A stretch of 64,000 nucleotides of DNA, from positions 165,974,001 to 166,038,000 of the forward strand of contig OX597817.1 of the NCBI GenBank assembly GCA_951406725.2. Direction: 5' to 3'. Shown here piece after piece: positions 27,530 to 42,186 of the stretch. Each line of letters begins with the position of its first letter. The stretch's first letter is position 1. The position numbers and the translations under genes are program-made. Source of the stretch: Octopus vulgaris. Taxonomy: Eukaryota. Under the pieces are notes generated by a model. That model did not search any database. It was not told the DNA's origin and worked only from the letters and a program-made list of their open reading frames with translations.

Positions 27530-27590
27530 GATAAAACTCCGAGTTTCGGATGTCGGGGTGGAAATCCACGCTGCCATCTCTTCAGTTATC
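27530..27590 (-). ncRNA. Type I hammerhead ribozyme motif (Penelope/retrozyme-like)
   Basis: Minus strand: GATAA-CTGAAGA-GATG..GTGGAttTCCAC..CATC-C-GAAAC-TCGGA-GTT-TTATC; stem I 5 bp, near-palindromic stem III. Confidence 0.65.
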
Positions 27591-27700
27591 CGGCCATCGG
27601 AAAAATGCTATGAAAAATCTTTATATATATATATATATACGTGTGTCTGTCTGTGTGTACAGGGAGAGAGAGAGAGCGAGAGAGAGAGAGAGAGAGAGAG

Positions 27701-27755
<55 letters not shown>

Positions 27756-28283
27756 AGGAGAGAGTGATGTATGCATTTGGTTTTGTGTTTATTCCCTTAC
27801 TGCTTGAAAACCGGTGTTCGTTTGTTTGCGTTCCCCTAATTCAGCGGTTCCATAAAAGTAACAGATTGAATAGCATTAACTATTAAAGTTTACTGTCGTA
27901 TATCGAACCTGGAAGTCAGTGACACAATTCCGCTGTACTTTTTTGTTTCTTTTTTGTATGTAACAAAAAAATTGATTAGTCTCAGAGAAAGTTATAAAAA
28001 AAAATACTTTATTCGTTTTGCATATATAGATATACCTACTTATATTACGTATCCTAAATAAAGTAGAATGCTGGAGGTGGACCAACAAAGAAGTTTTTAC
28101 CGGCTAGAAATAACTCCCAAAACTCCCTCAAATCACATCCTACCCTCTTACAAAAAGATCACATTCTTTCAACTATAGTTCTAACTAATTCCTATGTCAA
28201 TACTTTGTGACTTTTCGAACGGAACGTCTTTGATTACAACCCCACTGAATGATTGAAAACTGAATAATTGAAAACAACACAAC

Positions 28284-28520
28284 CTATTTCTTTACTACCC
28301 ACAAGGGGCTAAACACAGAGAGGACAAACAAGGACAGACAAACGGATTGAGTCGATTATATAGACCCCAGTGTGTAACTGGTACTTAGTTTTTATCGACC
28401 CCGAAAGGATGAAAGGCAAAGTCGACTTCAGCGGAATTTGAACTCAGAACGCAGCCTCGGACGAAATATCGCTAAGCATTTCGCCCGGCGTGCTAACGAT
28501 TCTGCCAGCTCGCCGCCTTG
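28284..28520 (-). mobile_element. SINE family C monomer with TSD ttgaaaacaacaca
   Basis: TSD at ~28268 and ~28518. Confidence 0.88.
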
Positions 28521-28662
28521 AAAACAACACACCCTTCAGGACAGTAGTAATATCATATACATTAGTAACACTACCACCAAGAAAAATTCATGCTGTCACT
28601 TACAAGTGAAAATGATGGGTAACATGTACCATGCTTTTGCTAATTGCCTTTAGATTCCTATG

Positions 28663-28915
28663 CGAAGGCGCATGGTTTAGTGGTTAGGTTATTTGGCTCA
28701 CAATCACAACAACGTGAGTTCGATTCCCAGCGGCGAATGATACCCTTGAGCAAAATGTTTTATTTCATGTTGCTCAGACCACTCACCCTGAGAACCTGAC
28801 AACTACGTTAAGAATTCGTGGGCCTATGGAGTGCCCGGCCACTGACACGTGAATTTCACGAGCAGATTGTTCTGTTGATCGTATCAACTGGAACCCTCGT
28901 TGGAGTAACCGACAG
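28663..28915 (+). mobile_element. Old chimeric SINE: D-type head with A-type tail
   Basis: cccttgagcaaaatg head domain, then aactacgttaag...aatttcacgagcag...ggaaccctcgt. Confidence 0.6.
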
Positions 28916-29283
28916 TAGGCACCTTCTCGGCTCTTCCACGATTTGACCCTGCGAAATGTCGAGGAGGTGACAGCTGGAGGTAGGGAGTCACTAAAAGCTA
29001 AGCTGGTGCGCGTTTTCAGCTGAGTAGTAGACCGGAGCAATGGGAAATGGAGTGCTTTGCTCAAGGATACAAGGGGCCACCCGGTCTAGGAATTAAAACC
29101 ACAACCTTATCATCGAGAGGTTAACACCTCAAATATTAGCCACATTATATAATCACAAATATGACTATGGTTTCAAAGAACAGATGTAATCTAATCTGCA
29201 TTGTCTATATTGCTTGTATTGTCCATGTACATCAATCAACTAATCTAACTAGAGTTGTCTCCCAAGTCTGTCTTTTTTTCTTC

Positions 29284-29515
29284 TTATTTCTTTATTACCC
29301 ACAAGGGGCTAAACATAGAAGAGGCAAACAAGGACAGACAATCGGATAAAGTCGATTATACCGACCCCAGTGCGTAACTGGTACTTAATTTATCGAACCC
29401 GAAAGGATGAAAGGCAAAGTCGACCTCAGCGGAATTTGAACTCAGAACGTAACGGCAGACGAAATACGGCTATGCATTTCGTCCGGCGTGCTAACGTTTC
29501 TGCTAGCTCGCCGCT
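29284..29515 (-). mobile_element. SINE family C monomer
   Basis: Matches the other copies. Confidence 0.88.
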
Positions 29516-29992
29516 TTTCCCTAGAGTAAGACTTTGCTACTTGTCCGCCAATTTCACGGATAATCAAAGTTAGTTGACTGAATTGTTTTCCACGGATTAT
29601 CTTCAATTTGTTAGACCATGCTAACTTTGTACAGAAACTGCCGAACGTTATTGATATTATTTCTCTTAGCATTATTGTTTCAAATGCCTTCACACTTTCC
29701 TCGCCATTATTAGACACAAACTCTATCGTGAATAAAGATATAACAAAAAAGTGGGTGGGTGAGGCCCCGGTATTACCAAAACCACAACCATCGTCATCCA
29801 CCATCTTCTCTAATGTTACCAAAATCCTGACGTTCCATGGACTGTTATTGTGCTCAGTCAGCGCGTGCCGTTTGCCCTCTGCATCGTGTACCCACGCGTG
29901 AGAATATGTCTGCTGCGAAAGCGCAATTTGGGCGTGCGTTCTCGTCTGTAACTATGCGTGTTTTTCGTGTGATTCTGAGTGGCGTTACTTAC

Positions 29993-30066
29993 TCCGTTCC
30001 CAGTGGTAATGGCTTGATTATCAAAAATACAGACACATTCATACAAAATGGCAAACCCACAACACG
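29993..30066 (-). other. Possible small non-coding (5' UTR) exon
   Basis: tttctctaag| acceptor and GA|GTAAGT donor in unique sequence. Confidence 0.3.
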
Positions 30067-30084
30067 CTTAGAGAAACACAACAC

Positions 30085-30139
<55 letters not shown>

Positions 30140-30245
30140 GCGCCCACGTTGGTATGCATACGTAATTATGAGTGTATAAATGTGTGTCTGTGTGTTTGAA
30201 TATATATATATGCACACTTCCACATTAATATTTGTGCACGTGTGC

Positions 30246-30310
<65 letters not shown>

Positions 30311-31077
30311 CATGTGTGTGTGTGTTTGAATATATATGTACATGAATATGTGTATATATGTATGTACATATACATATATATATATATATACATATATATA
30401 ACAAGTAAAAAAGATAAAAGTATACATACATACAGACAGATACACACACACACACACACACACACATACACACACATATATCATATATAAAGTATGTACA
30501 TGTTAACATACGTATAGAAATTCTGATAAACAACTGTGTACATACATGTATGCGTATGTGCATGTGTGTGTATATGTGTGCGCGCGTGTATGCGTAAGTG
30601 TCTGTGTTGTGCGCGCCTTTTTTTTTTTTTTTTGCTCCATTCAACAGTCATATTTTCACTATATTTGATACTGTTTAATCTTGATTAGATAAAACTCTAG
30701 ATATTAATCTCCATGAAGGAAAGAAAGACAAGTAAACAAACAAAAAAAAAAAACTAACGGGATGGATGGTGCCGATGGGGGGGGGGGGATGGCTGGCTGG
30801 ATGGCTGGATGTATATGCGGTTGTGACGATGAAATATGTGTGTGTATGTATGTGTGTGTGCATGCTGTTTGTGGTGGTGTGTTGGGCGTGGGTACCTGGG
30901 GTGTAAGTGTCCTTACTTTTGCCACACTTCTCTGGGCAAATCGTTACCCTTCAGACTCCGCAAGATGCACCATCATTGCCACTGTAACCTTACACACACA
31001 CGTACATGCATACATAAATACATACATGCATATATACACAGATACAGATAGATATGTATGTATATCTATCTATCTCT

Positions 31078-31119
<42 letters not shown>

Positions 31120-31154
31120 ATACATATATATTATGTATATATAATATATATGTG

Positions 31155-31245
<91 letters not shown>

Positions 31246-31602
31246 ATATATATATATTATATATATATGATAGATATATATATTATGTATATATGATAGA
31301 TATATATATATATATATATATATATACGCATACATACACACGACTTTCATCTCAAAATTTTATTCATTATGCCCTCCCTCTTTTCTCTTCCTCTTATCTC
31401 CCTCTCTCTCTCTCTCTCTCTCTCTCCCTCTCGCTCTCTCTCTCTCATTCTCCCTCGGCTCCTATTCCTAAATATGTCCCCACCCGCCCATTACGCTTCA
31501 AAATCTTAAGGAATTGAAATCTTAACAGTGGAGGGCATTTAAATAAAAGCGGGTACCAAGATAAGAACCTACCTACACACGCGTACCCGCCTAAGTACTT
31601 AC

Positions 31603-31720
31603 CGAACACGTGCTTGCTTCGTGTATTCGTCTTCCTCTGATGAAAAGCACTGTCAAACAATTTTACTTGCTTTTTATTTAACAAAATAAACTAGATTTAT
31701 GAGGTCACTACGCTCTTCTG
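31603..31720 (-). other. Possible first (non-coding) exon or promoter region
   Basis: Consensus donor CG|GTAAGT at 31602 in unique CpG-containing sequence. Confidence 0.3.
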
Positions 31721-31956
31721 TCATCAATGGACCAACACTATTTTTTTATCTTACGCATTATTTATCTTAAATATGCTTAAAATATTGCTAACAACGGGTT
31801 TTGAAAGTTTTAGTACTCCCTTCTCAAGTTCTGACTTTTTTATTATATGAATTGGGATCGATTAAATATTGTACGAGTCAAATACTGGAATTCGATATAA
31901 TCGGCTAACCCAGGCTTTATGCCTATATTCGAAAGTATTATAATAATGTTCGAAAG

Positions 31957-31978
31957 GATGATGATGATGATGATGATG

Positions 31979-32030
<52 letters not shown>

Positions 32031-32047
32031 TAATAATAATAATGATG

Positions 32048-32081
<34 letters not shown>

Positions 32082-32149
32082 TAATAGTAATGATATTAAT
32101 AATAGTAATAATAATAATAATAATAATAATGATAATAATAATAATGATG

Positions 32150-32195
<46 letters not shown>

Positions 32196-32236
32196 TAATA
32201 GTAATGATATTAATAATAATAATAATAATAATAATG

Positions 32237-32272
<36 letters not shown>

Positions 32273-32345
32273 TTGATAATAATAATAATAATAATTAATT
32301 CTTTTTAATAATAACAATAATAGTAATAATGTATTATTATTATTA
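31957..32345. repeat. (ATG)n/(ATA)n microsatellite
   Basis: Direct reading. Confidence 0.97.
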
Positions 32346-32361
32346 TAATTATTTTTATTGT

Positions 32362-32760
32362 AAGACGGCGAGCTGGCAGAAACGTTAGCACGCCAGGTGA
32401 AATGCGTAGCCGTATTTCGTCAGCCGTTACGTTCTGAGTTCAAATTCCGCCGAGATCGACTTTGCCTTTCATCCTTTCGGGATCGATTAAATAAGTACCA
32501 GTTACGCACTGGAGTCGATATAATCGACTTAATCCGTTTATCTGTCCTTGTTTGTCCTCTCTGTGTTTAACCCCTTGTGGGTAGTAAAGAAATAGATATT
32601 TCGTCTGTCTTTACGTTCTGAGTTCAAATTCCACCGAGGCCGACTTTGCCTTGCATCCTTTTGGGGTCAATAAATTAAGTACCAGTTGCGTGCTTGGGTC
32701 GATCTAATAGACTGGCTCCCCTCTCCCAAAATTTCGGGCCTTGTCCCTAGAGAAGAATAG

Positions 32761-32822
<62 letters not shown>

Positions 32823-33310
32823 TTTTATTTTATTTTATTTTATTTTATTTTAAGGCGGCGAATTGGGAGTATCGTTGTCTCACTGGACGAAATGCGTAGC
32901 AGTATTTCGCCCAACGTAACGTTCTGAGGTCAAATTCTACTGAGCTCGATTTTGCCTTTCATCCTTTCGGGGGTCGATAAATTAAGTACCAGTTGAACAC
33001 TGGGGTTGATGTAGTCGACTAGTCCCCTCCCCAAAATTTCAAGCCTTGTGCTTATAGTAGAAAAGATTTTTTTATTATTATTATCATCATTATTATTATT
33101 AAGGCAGTGAGCTGGCAGAAACGTTAGCACGCCGGGCGAAATGCTTAGCCGTATTCACCTGTCGCTACATTCTGAGGTCAAATTCTGCCGAGGTCGACCT
33201 TGCCTTTCATCCTTTCGGAGTCGATAAAATAAGTACCAGTTGAACACTGGAGTCAATGTAATCGAATCATCTCCTCCCCAAAATTGCTGCCCCTGTGGAA
33301 AAATTTGAAA
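32362..33310 (+). mobile_element. Cluster of SINE C copies separated by (TTA)n tails
   Basis: Heads at ~32362, ~32852 and ~33101. Confidence 0.85.
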
Positions 33311-34020
33311 CCATTATAATAATAATAATGATAACAATAATAGTAATAATAATAATAATTATTATTATTATGTGTGTGTCTGCTGTGAAAGAGTAATTTA
33401 CGCGTCTGTAACTATGTGTCTTTTTGATCATCGTTACTTACACCTTTCCCATTTGAGCCCTGGGGTCAATATAATCAATTTACTTCTCTACTCAATGACT
33501 GTTGTTGTTATTGTTGTATTGTTTGCAAGTGAAAGACGTCGAATTAGAGATCACAATTTGTTTTTTATATTATTTCTAACGAAATAATTTTGATTTATAT
33601 TATAGTATTTCGTCGTTAAGCCAACTAGCATCCCCAGACGCTGAGTTAATTTTGCGAAATTTTTATCCTATCGTGGTTAGATTTGAAAATTTTCAATGTG
33701 AACTTATGTATTTTTAAAATTCTGCGAATGTTTATATTCGACAATAGGTAGTGAAAAAGAAAGTACTTCTTCCTAAATGTCTGTAGAAATGTATGTCTTC
33801 CATCCTTCCGGCTATTTGTTGATGTTTCAACAAGGAGATCTTTAAAGAATCTTTTATTGATATTCCCTCGGAAATCTCCCATTCCCATGAGATATTATTT
33901 TTCAGCTTATACGTTCCTTCGGTTGTTTTTACAACTTCGATATGAGTTGAGATCTCCTGCAGTGGTGTAATGTAGCCATTGTGAGTAATGCTTGTCTGTT
34001 GATGTATATATGCCCTTAAT

Positions 34021-34399
34021 GGAGGCGCAATGGCCCAGTGGTTAGGGCAGCGGACTCGCGGTCGTAGGATCGCGGTTTCGATTCCCAGACCGGGCGTTGT
34101 AAGTGTTTATTGAACGAAAACACCTAAAAAAGCTCCACGAGGCTCCGGCAGGGGATGGTGGTGATCCCTGCTGTACTCTTTCACCACAACATTCACTCTT
34201 ACTTCCTGTTTCTGTTGTACCTGTATTTCAAAGGGCCGGCCTTGTCACTCTCTGTGTCACGTTGAATATCCCCGAGAACTATGTTAAGGGTACACGTGTC
34301 TGTGGAATGCTCAGCCACTTACACGTTAATTTCACGAGCAGGCTGTTCCGTTGATCGGATCAACCGGAACCCTCGTCGTCGTAACCGACGGAGTGCTTC
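34021..34399 (+). mobile_element. SINE family A, full copy
   Basis: TSD atatgcccttaa. Confidence 0.92.
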
Positions 34400-34801
34400 T
34401 AAATATGCCCTTAAATTCTTTGTTGTTAGAGTTTATGCCCGTCTATTTGATGATGCTTTTCGTTTGTTCTCTTTGGGGATGATCCTTGTGGATGTGAGTC
34501 TTTGGTTTTTGTGGTGTTTGTAATATTGGTGTTATGTGATAGTTTTGGTTTAATGGTTCTGGTATGATGGTTTTGTTGTGATGGTTTCGGTGTGTGGATC
34601 TGTGTTTAATTGTCGTTTTCTGTTTCATCATTTAAGCTGTTCATTTTTCTCTGGAGGCTTCTCAGTGTTTAAAATTTTATTTCTCCCTCATTGATCGTGT
34701 TGTAAATTTGTGTATACGAGCAACCCTGTTTTTGATTTTCTGTTTTGTACCAATGTATATTGTGTCTTTCATTTTGTACTCCTGTGATCAATAACAGAAC
34801 G

Positions 34802-35250
34802 ATTATTATTATTATTATTATGTGTTAAAGACTCACAGCTTATTTTGCTGGATATAATGGAAAGTTTCAGCTGTCCACAGGCAGAAGACTAAGGTAAAAC
34901 TTGCTTACTGGTCAAGCTTCAAGAACTCTGCGAAGAATTCTAGCAGTTCTAAGCAATGCTGATCTTTGTAAATATTCTATCTTCACATTTGCACCGACCT
35001 TTTTCAGCCATGTTGGTAGTTGAGTGCTGATACTTCCAAGTGACCCAATTACTATTGGTATCACGTCTACTCTCTTCATTGACCACAACCTTCGTATTCC
35101 CCACTTCAAATCGTCATAGTTGCTTACTTTTTCTTCTTCTTTCACATTGATCCTGTTGTCACCGGAGCTTACTATGTCGATTATCATACATGTACTTTCT
35201 TTTTTATACACCACAACAATATCTGGTTTTCAATGTCTGGTCAAGTGACA
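34802..35250 (-). mobile_element. 5'-truncated R4/Dong-clade non-LTR retrotransposon (restriction-like endonuclease C-terminus, 3' UTR)
   Basis: KPDIVV...IID...EK..Y..L...W...VIPIVIGSLG...LQRSALL.TARILRRVL*; 3' end runs into (TAA)n. Confidence 0.8.
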
Positions 35251-35784
35251 TTTATTAATTTCAAAGAAGTACAAAATCTGTAATTTAGTTATAGTAGGAT
35301 CCTCTGACTTTAATGCAGCCCTCCAGGATCTTCTTGGAGGCCTATATAAGATTTTGTCGTTAAAATTTATCCGCAATAAATTGGTTATACTTTTACAGCA
35401 CACAAAATATTTTAGCAATATTTTTATAAAATTCTTAATAATATTTACTTATAAAAATACAGTAGGGGTTTTTAAACATCGAATTGCTAGGAAGGTCCAT
35501 CTGAATAAAATAAAAATCAAAGGGGTCCACAGGTAAAAAAAAGTCCTCCAAAGTGATGATGTCCAGGACACTTGTTACAACCTCCAAATTCTCAATCTCT
35601 TTAAATCAACTATTCTGAGGGTCTCCTTCAGCTTGAAGAACAACCAAAAGTCAAAGGGAGCAAAAGGCTGGACTGTAACGGGGGTTAGGGACAGTTTTGA
35701 TGTCCTTCTCTGTCAAACAGTTGGTTACTAGGAGCTCAACACTGCGCACCTAGGAACAAGTTATGAACAAATTTTGCGCATTCT

Positions 35785-36008
35785 CTTTTACTCTTTTACT
35801 TGTTTCAGTCATTTGACTGCGGCCATGCTGGAGCGCCGCCTTTAGTCGAGGAAATCGACCCCCAGGACTTATTTTTTGTCAGCCTAGTACTAATTCTATC
35901 GGTCGCTTTTGCCGAACCGCTAAGTTACGCGGACGTAAACACACCAGCATCGGTTGTCAAGCGATGTTGGGGGGACAAACACAGACACACAAACATATAC
36001 ACACACGT

Positions 36009-36069
<61 letters not shown>

Positions 36070-36243
36070 CACTTATATACGACGGGCTTCTTTCAGTTTC
36101 CGTCTACCAAATCCATTCACAAGGCTTTGGTCGGCCCGAGGCTATAGTAGAAGACACCTGCCCATGGTTCCACACATTGGGACTGAACCCGGAACCATGT
36201 GGTTTGTAAGCAAGCTACTTACCACACAGCCACTCCTGCACCT
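35785..36243 (-). mobile_element. SINE family B, full copy
   Basis: Matches the other copies. Confidence 0.9.
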
Positions 36244-37489
36244 ATGTTCAAATCTTCATGAATAATTCTGTATATAATTGCTACAACAACTCCAAAGTGT
36301 TGGCTTATTGTCATTGTAGACAGACGAAGAGCTTCATATAGAAAATAGTGAATTTTCTCAACTAGTTCTTACGTTCTGACACTCTGTTCCCTCCTACACA
36401 TCTCGTTGTCTCTCAGCTCCTCTCTACCGTACTTGAACCTCTTGTTCCAATGAAAAAGTTAATCCATTAGCAGTGTGGAACATTTCATAAGTGTCAGTAG
36501 CATTTTTGCCCAGTATTGCATAGCGAGCTTCCAAACGTCTCGACTGCATTTTGCGAACTAGTCAGCGGTGACAACTAGTGTTAAGTAGGATGTGTTCGAA
36601 ATGCTGTTACAGCCGTCTCCTCTTGTCTGGAATAACAGAAGTTGGCAGGTCAGTTTATTATATGCATAGTAAAATATAGTAAAATTACAAATATTTAGGA
36701 CAGATATAAATGTCTTCCGAATAAAGTCTCAAAACTTCTGGAATGCACCTCGTACAACCTACATAGACGACATTACAACATTACACAACATTACACAACA
36801 TTACAATACACGGAAAGAGAACAGCTATAAGCAAAAATTTTATCAGAGTAGTGGGTGGCAAAATCCTTAAAGCGTGAAAAAAATTACTTTGCGGTATTCA
36901 GTAGCGTCTTGTTACGCGCTGAGTTCAAATCCCTTTGCGATTGACTTTACCTTTCATCTTTCCGGGGGTTGATAAAATATGCACCACTCAGGTATAAGGA
37001 CGGTTTAATCGACTACGCATCAACCCTTAGATATGTGTCTTATGCCTTGATTAGTAATTATCACTTTTATTATATATTTCTTTGTGATAATCAGCAGAAT
37101 GGCTGTTGCTAAACTTGCGACATTAAGAGCCCTTCCTTTAAGATCTACGTTCAAATTCCACTGGTGCCGAATTTTTTAATTGTCATCCTTTCGATATCTA
37201 TAAAATAAAGTATTGTTCTCGCCGATAACTAGTATTCAAATATCAACTAAAAATAGTTCGTAGTCCACACATATATATTATAACGTTGTGATTATGCATC
37301 GGAAAAATATCTAACATCAGTTATTCCTGCTCTTTTAAATTCTACGTTCACATTTCGTTGAAGTCAACTTTACTTTTCATCTTTTCGGGGCTCAATGAAA
37401 TAAATACTTGGGTGAACATCATCGCTAATCTCTTTTCTCAAATCGTTTGGCTTGGTGTCTAAATTAAAAACAACAGCTATTATTATTAT

Positions 37490-38010
37490 TACTGAGTGAG
37501 AGAGCAGCGCGTGCCATCAAAAAGTGACACTGGAGTAAAATATACGAAGCCCAACATGACTACCCGTTTGATAAGAGTACACCATATGTGCGTGATATGG
37601 TGAGCTCATATCAAGACAAACAGCACATGACCTTGCAGGTGGGACCCAGTTAGAATTTTCTTCAGGCTTAGCAGCCCATCCTGCTTGAAAGGTCCCTGGA
37701 TAAGGTTTGTTTAAGAATGATGAACGAAACATCCATGTTTCCAAAGGTGAATTATTCAAGCCCCAAAGAATTCCTCTCAATACATGGCTATGATACCCCA
37801 CCCCCACCCCATTAATTCTGCTCGTCATCAGAAATGCACATATCGTCAGCCATCGAGGGACATGCTCAACTGATTATGGTCCAAACAACTGACAAGCAAA
37901 TCTGTGGTATTGAGCAGAATATTTGCTGCAACCCATGCTTTACACCGAGACAAAATATTAACATGATAACACTTCCAATCAGTTAAAATCAAAAGCCAAG
38001 AGAACTATTT
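37490..38010. repeat. Unclassified interspersed repeat; short homolog at ~8482-8523
   Basis: gagagagc...gtgacactgg.gtaaaat shared. Confidence 0.4.
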
Positions 38011-38169
38011 CTAAGTATTACTATTATTTAAGACGTCACTATTATTCAGAAGTTTTATTTTTATCACGTTCTTTCACTGCACTACCGAACTCAGCTCTGT
38101 GCCTTGGGTATGTTTTGTGGTTTGTTGTGGTGCTCTTATCTTCGCTGTATTGAAAGTGCTTTACGTAGG

Positions 38170-39740
<1,571 letters not shown>

Positions 39741-40195
39741 AAAACATAAGAGCTTGGAAAGTCATTTTCAAATGAAATTTATAAAGCGAGTATTAAAAAA
39801 AACGGTTTAAACAGAAAAATATTGACAAAAAGAATGGTACACTCATAATCGCAGTCAATTAAATTACAATTTGACATCCGAAAATGCAAACTGGCATGAC
39901 ATGAACAAAAATACTACAACTGATAACAAGAATGCTGACTTGTACGACGTTATCAAAAGTACTTTTAGCAATTAATGAAAGAACTGTGGCAGTGATATGT
40001 TATAAATGAGAGCCTGCTCTTTGGGTTCTTGCGTAATAGACGTATAGCTACAGATCCATCTGCCGTCAATACTCTTTGTACGGTTCGGTGTGTCATGGCT
40101 TATGCACTGACATTGCCTATGTCTATGACGTTACAAAAATTCCTGAACGTTGAGCAGATGTGGCTACTTTTATTAGGAAAGCTTTCCTAATATTC

Positions 40196-40783
40196 ATTTC
40201 TTTATTGCTCACAAGGGGCTACAAAGTGAGGGGACAAACAAGGAAAGACAAAAGGATTAAGTCGATTACATCGACTCCAGTGCGTAACTGGTACTTATTT
40301 AATCGACCCCGAAAGGATGAAAAGCAAAGTCGACCTCGGCGGAATTTGAACTCAGAACGTAACGGCAGACGAAATACTTATTTCTTTATTACCCACAAGG
40401 AGCTGGACAAACAAGGACAGAAAAAGGGATTAAGTCGATTATATCGACCCCAGTGCGTAACTGGTACTTATTTAATCGACCTCGAAAGGATGAAAGGCAA
40501 AATCGACCTCGGCGGAATTTGAACTCAGAACGTAACGGCAGACGAAATACTTATTTCTTTATTACCCACAAGGAGCTAAACACAGAGTGGACAAACAAGG
40601 AACAGACAAAGGGATTAAGTCGATTATATCGACCCCAGTGCGTAACTGGTACTTATTTAATCGACCTCGAAAGGATGAAAGGCAAAGTCGACATCGGCGG
40701 AATTTGAACTCAGAACGTAACGGCAGCCGAAATACCGCTAATCATTTCTCCTGACGTTCTAACGATTCTGCCAGCTTGCCGCC
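40196..40783 (-). mobile_element. SINE family C trimer with TSD cctaatattc
   Basis: Units start at ~40196, 40380 and 40553; single head at ~40735-40783. Confidence 0.88.
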
Positions 40784-41276
40784 CTAATATTCTTCTCATG
40801 TTTTCCTAATATTCATCTCATGCATGGAGCTGAGCTCGTAGACCAAGTAAAAATCAATATTGGATATTTGGTATCATTTGGAATCCTGTCGGATGTTTAC
40901 AGCCCACTTCTGAGAACTTTCACCTTACCATTCTATAGAGGGATGGTATTGGACATGGAGATGCCTCTCGGGAAAAGATCTGGGTGAATGGTTCTCAACT
41001 AGGGACCGCACTGACCCATGGGGGCCCATATAAGATATTGATTGATTGATTGATTCTAGTTTCAGCTCACGAGCTGTGGCCATGCTGGGGCACCGCCATT
41101 ATCGTTAAAATTTATCCGCAATAAATTGATTATACTTTTACAGTACACTAAATATTTTAGCAATATTTTTTATAAAATTCCTAATAATATTTACTTTTAA
41201 AAATACAGTAGGGGTTTTTAAACATCGAATGGCTAGGCGGGTCCATCTGAATAAAATCAAAATCAAAGGGGTCCAC

Positions 41277-41449
41277 AGGCGCAGGAGTGGCTGTGTGGTA
41301 AGTAGCTTGCTAACCAACCACATGGTTCCGGGTTCAGTCCCACTGCGTGGCACCTTGGGCAAGTGCCTTCTGCTATAGCCCCGGGCCGTCCAATGCCTTG
41401 TGAGTGGATTTGGAAGACGGAAACTGAAAGAAGCCTGTCGTATATATGT

Positions 41450-41501
<52 letters not shown>

Positions 41502-41985
41502 GTATGTGTGTGTTTATGTGTCTGTGTTTGTCCCCCTAGCATTGCTTGACAACCAATGCTGGTGTGTTTACGTCCCCGTCACTTAGCAGTTCGCCAAAAG
41601 AGACCGATAGAATAAGTACTGGGCTTACAAAGAATAAGTCCTGGGGTCGATTTGCTCGACTAAAGGCGGTGCTCCAGCATGGCCGCAGTCAAATGACTGA
41701 AACAAATAAAAGAGTAAAAGAGTAAAGTGTATATATATATATATGCGTGTGTGTGTGTATGTGTTTGTGTGTCTGTGTTTGTCCCCCCAACATCGCTTGA
41801 CAACCGATGCTGGTGTGTTTACGTCCCCGTAACTTAGCGGTTCGCTAAAAGAGACCGATAGAATAATTACTAGGCTTACAAAGAAAAAGTCCTGGCATTG
41901 ATTTGCTCGACTGAAAGGCGGTGCTCCAGCATGGTCACAGTCAAATGACTGAAACAAGTAAAAGGGTGAAAAAGTAAAGAGAGTA
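41277..41985 (+). mobile_element. SINE family B full copy plus a tandem second 3' half
   Basis: Matches the other copies. Confidence 0.9.
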
Positions 41986-42186
41986 GGTAAGAGTAGGAGC
42001 TTGATGGGATTCGAACTTAGATGGATTTTGAATTATGGGAAGAAATGCCGAAAGTATTCTGTCACTTCACTATACTGAATAATACAAACGATCTCGAAAT
42101 CGTTAACTTGAAAACAATGAGCTTGCTTTCACGAAATTATATTAGTAGAAAGCTAAAAAATACTTGTTCACCTTAGCTCTATATAC

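Noticed and set aside
29837-30199. Plus-strand ORF MSAAKAQFGRAF...
   Set aside because: No recognisable domain, and it runs into (CA)n
34021-34095. tRNA-Arg gene
   Set aside because: tRNA-like SINE head: no proper acceptor stem, continues into a multi-copy body with TSD
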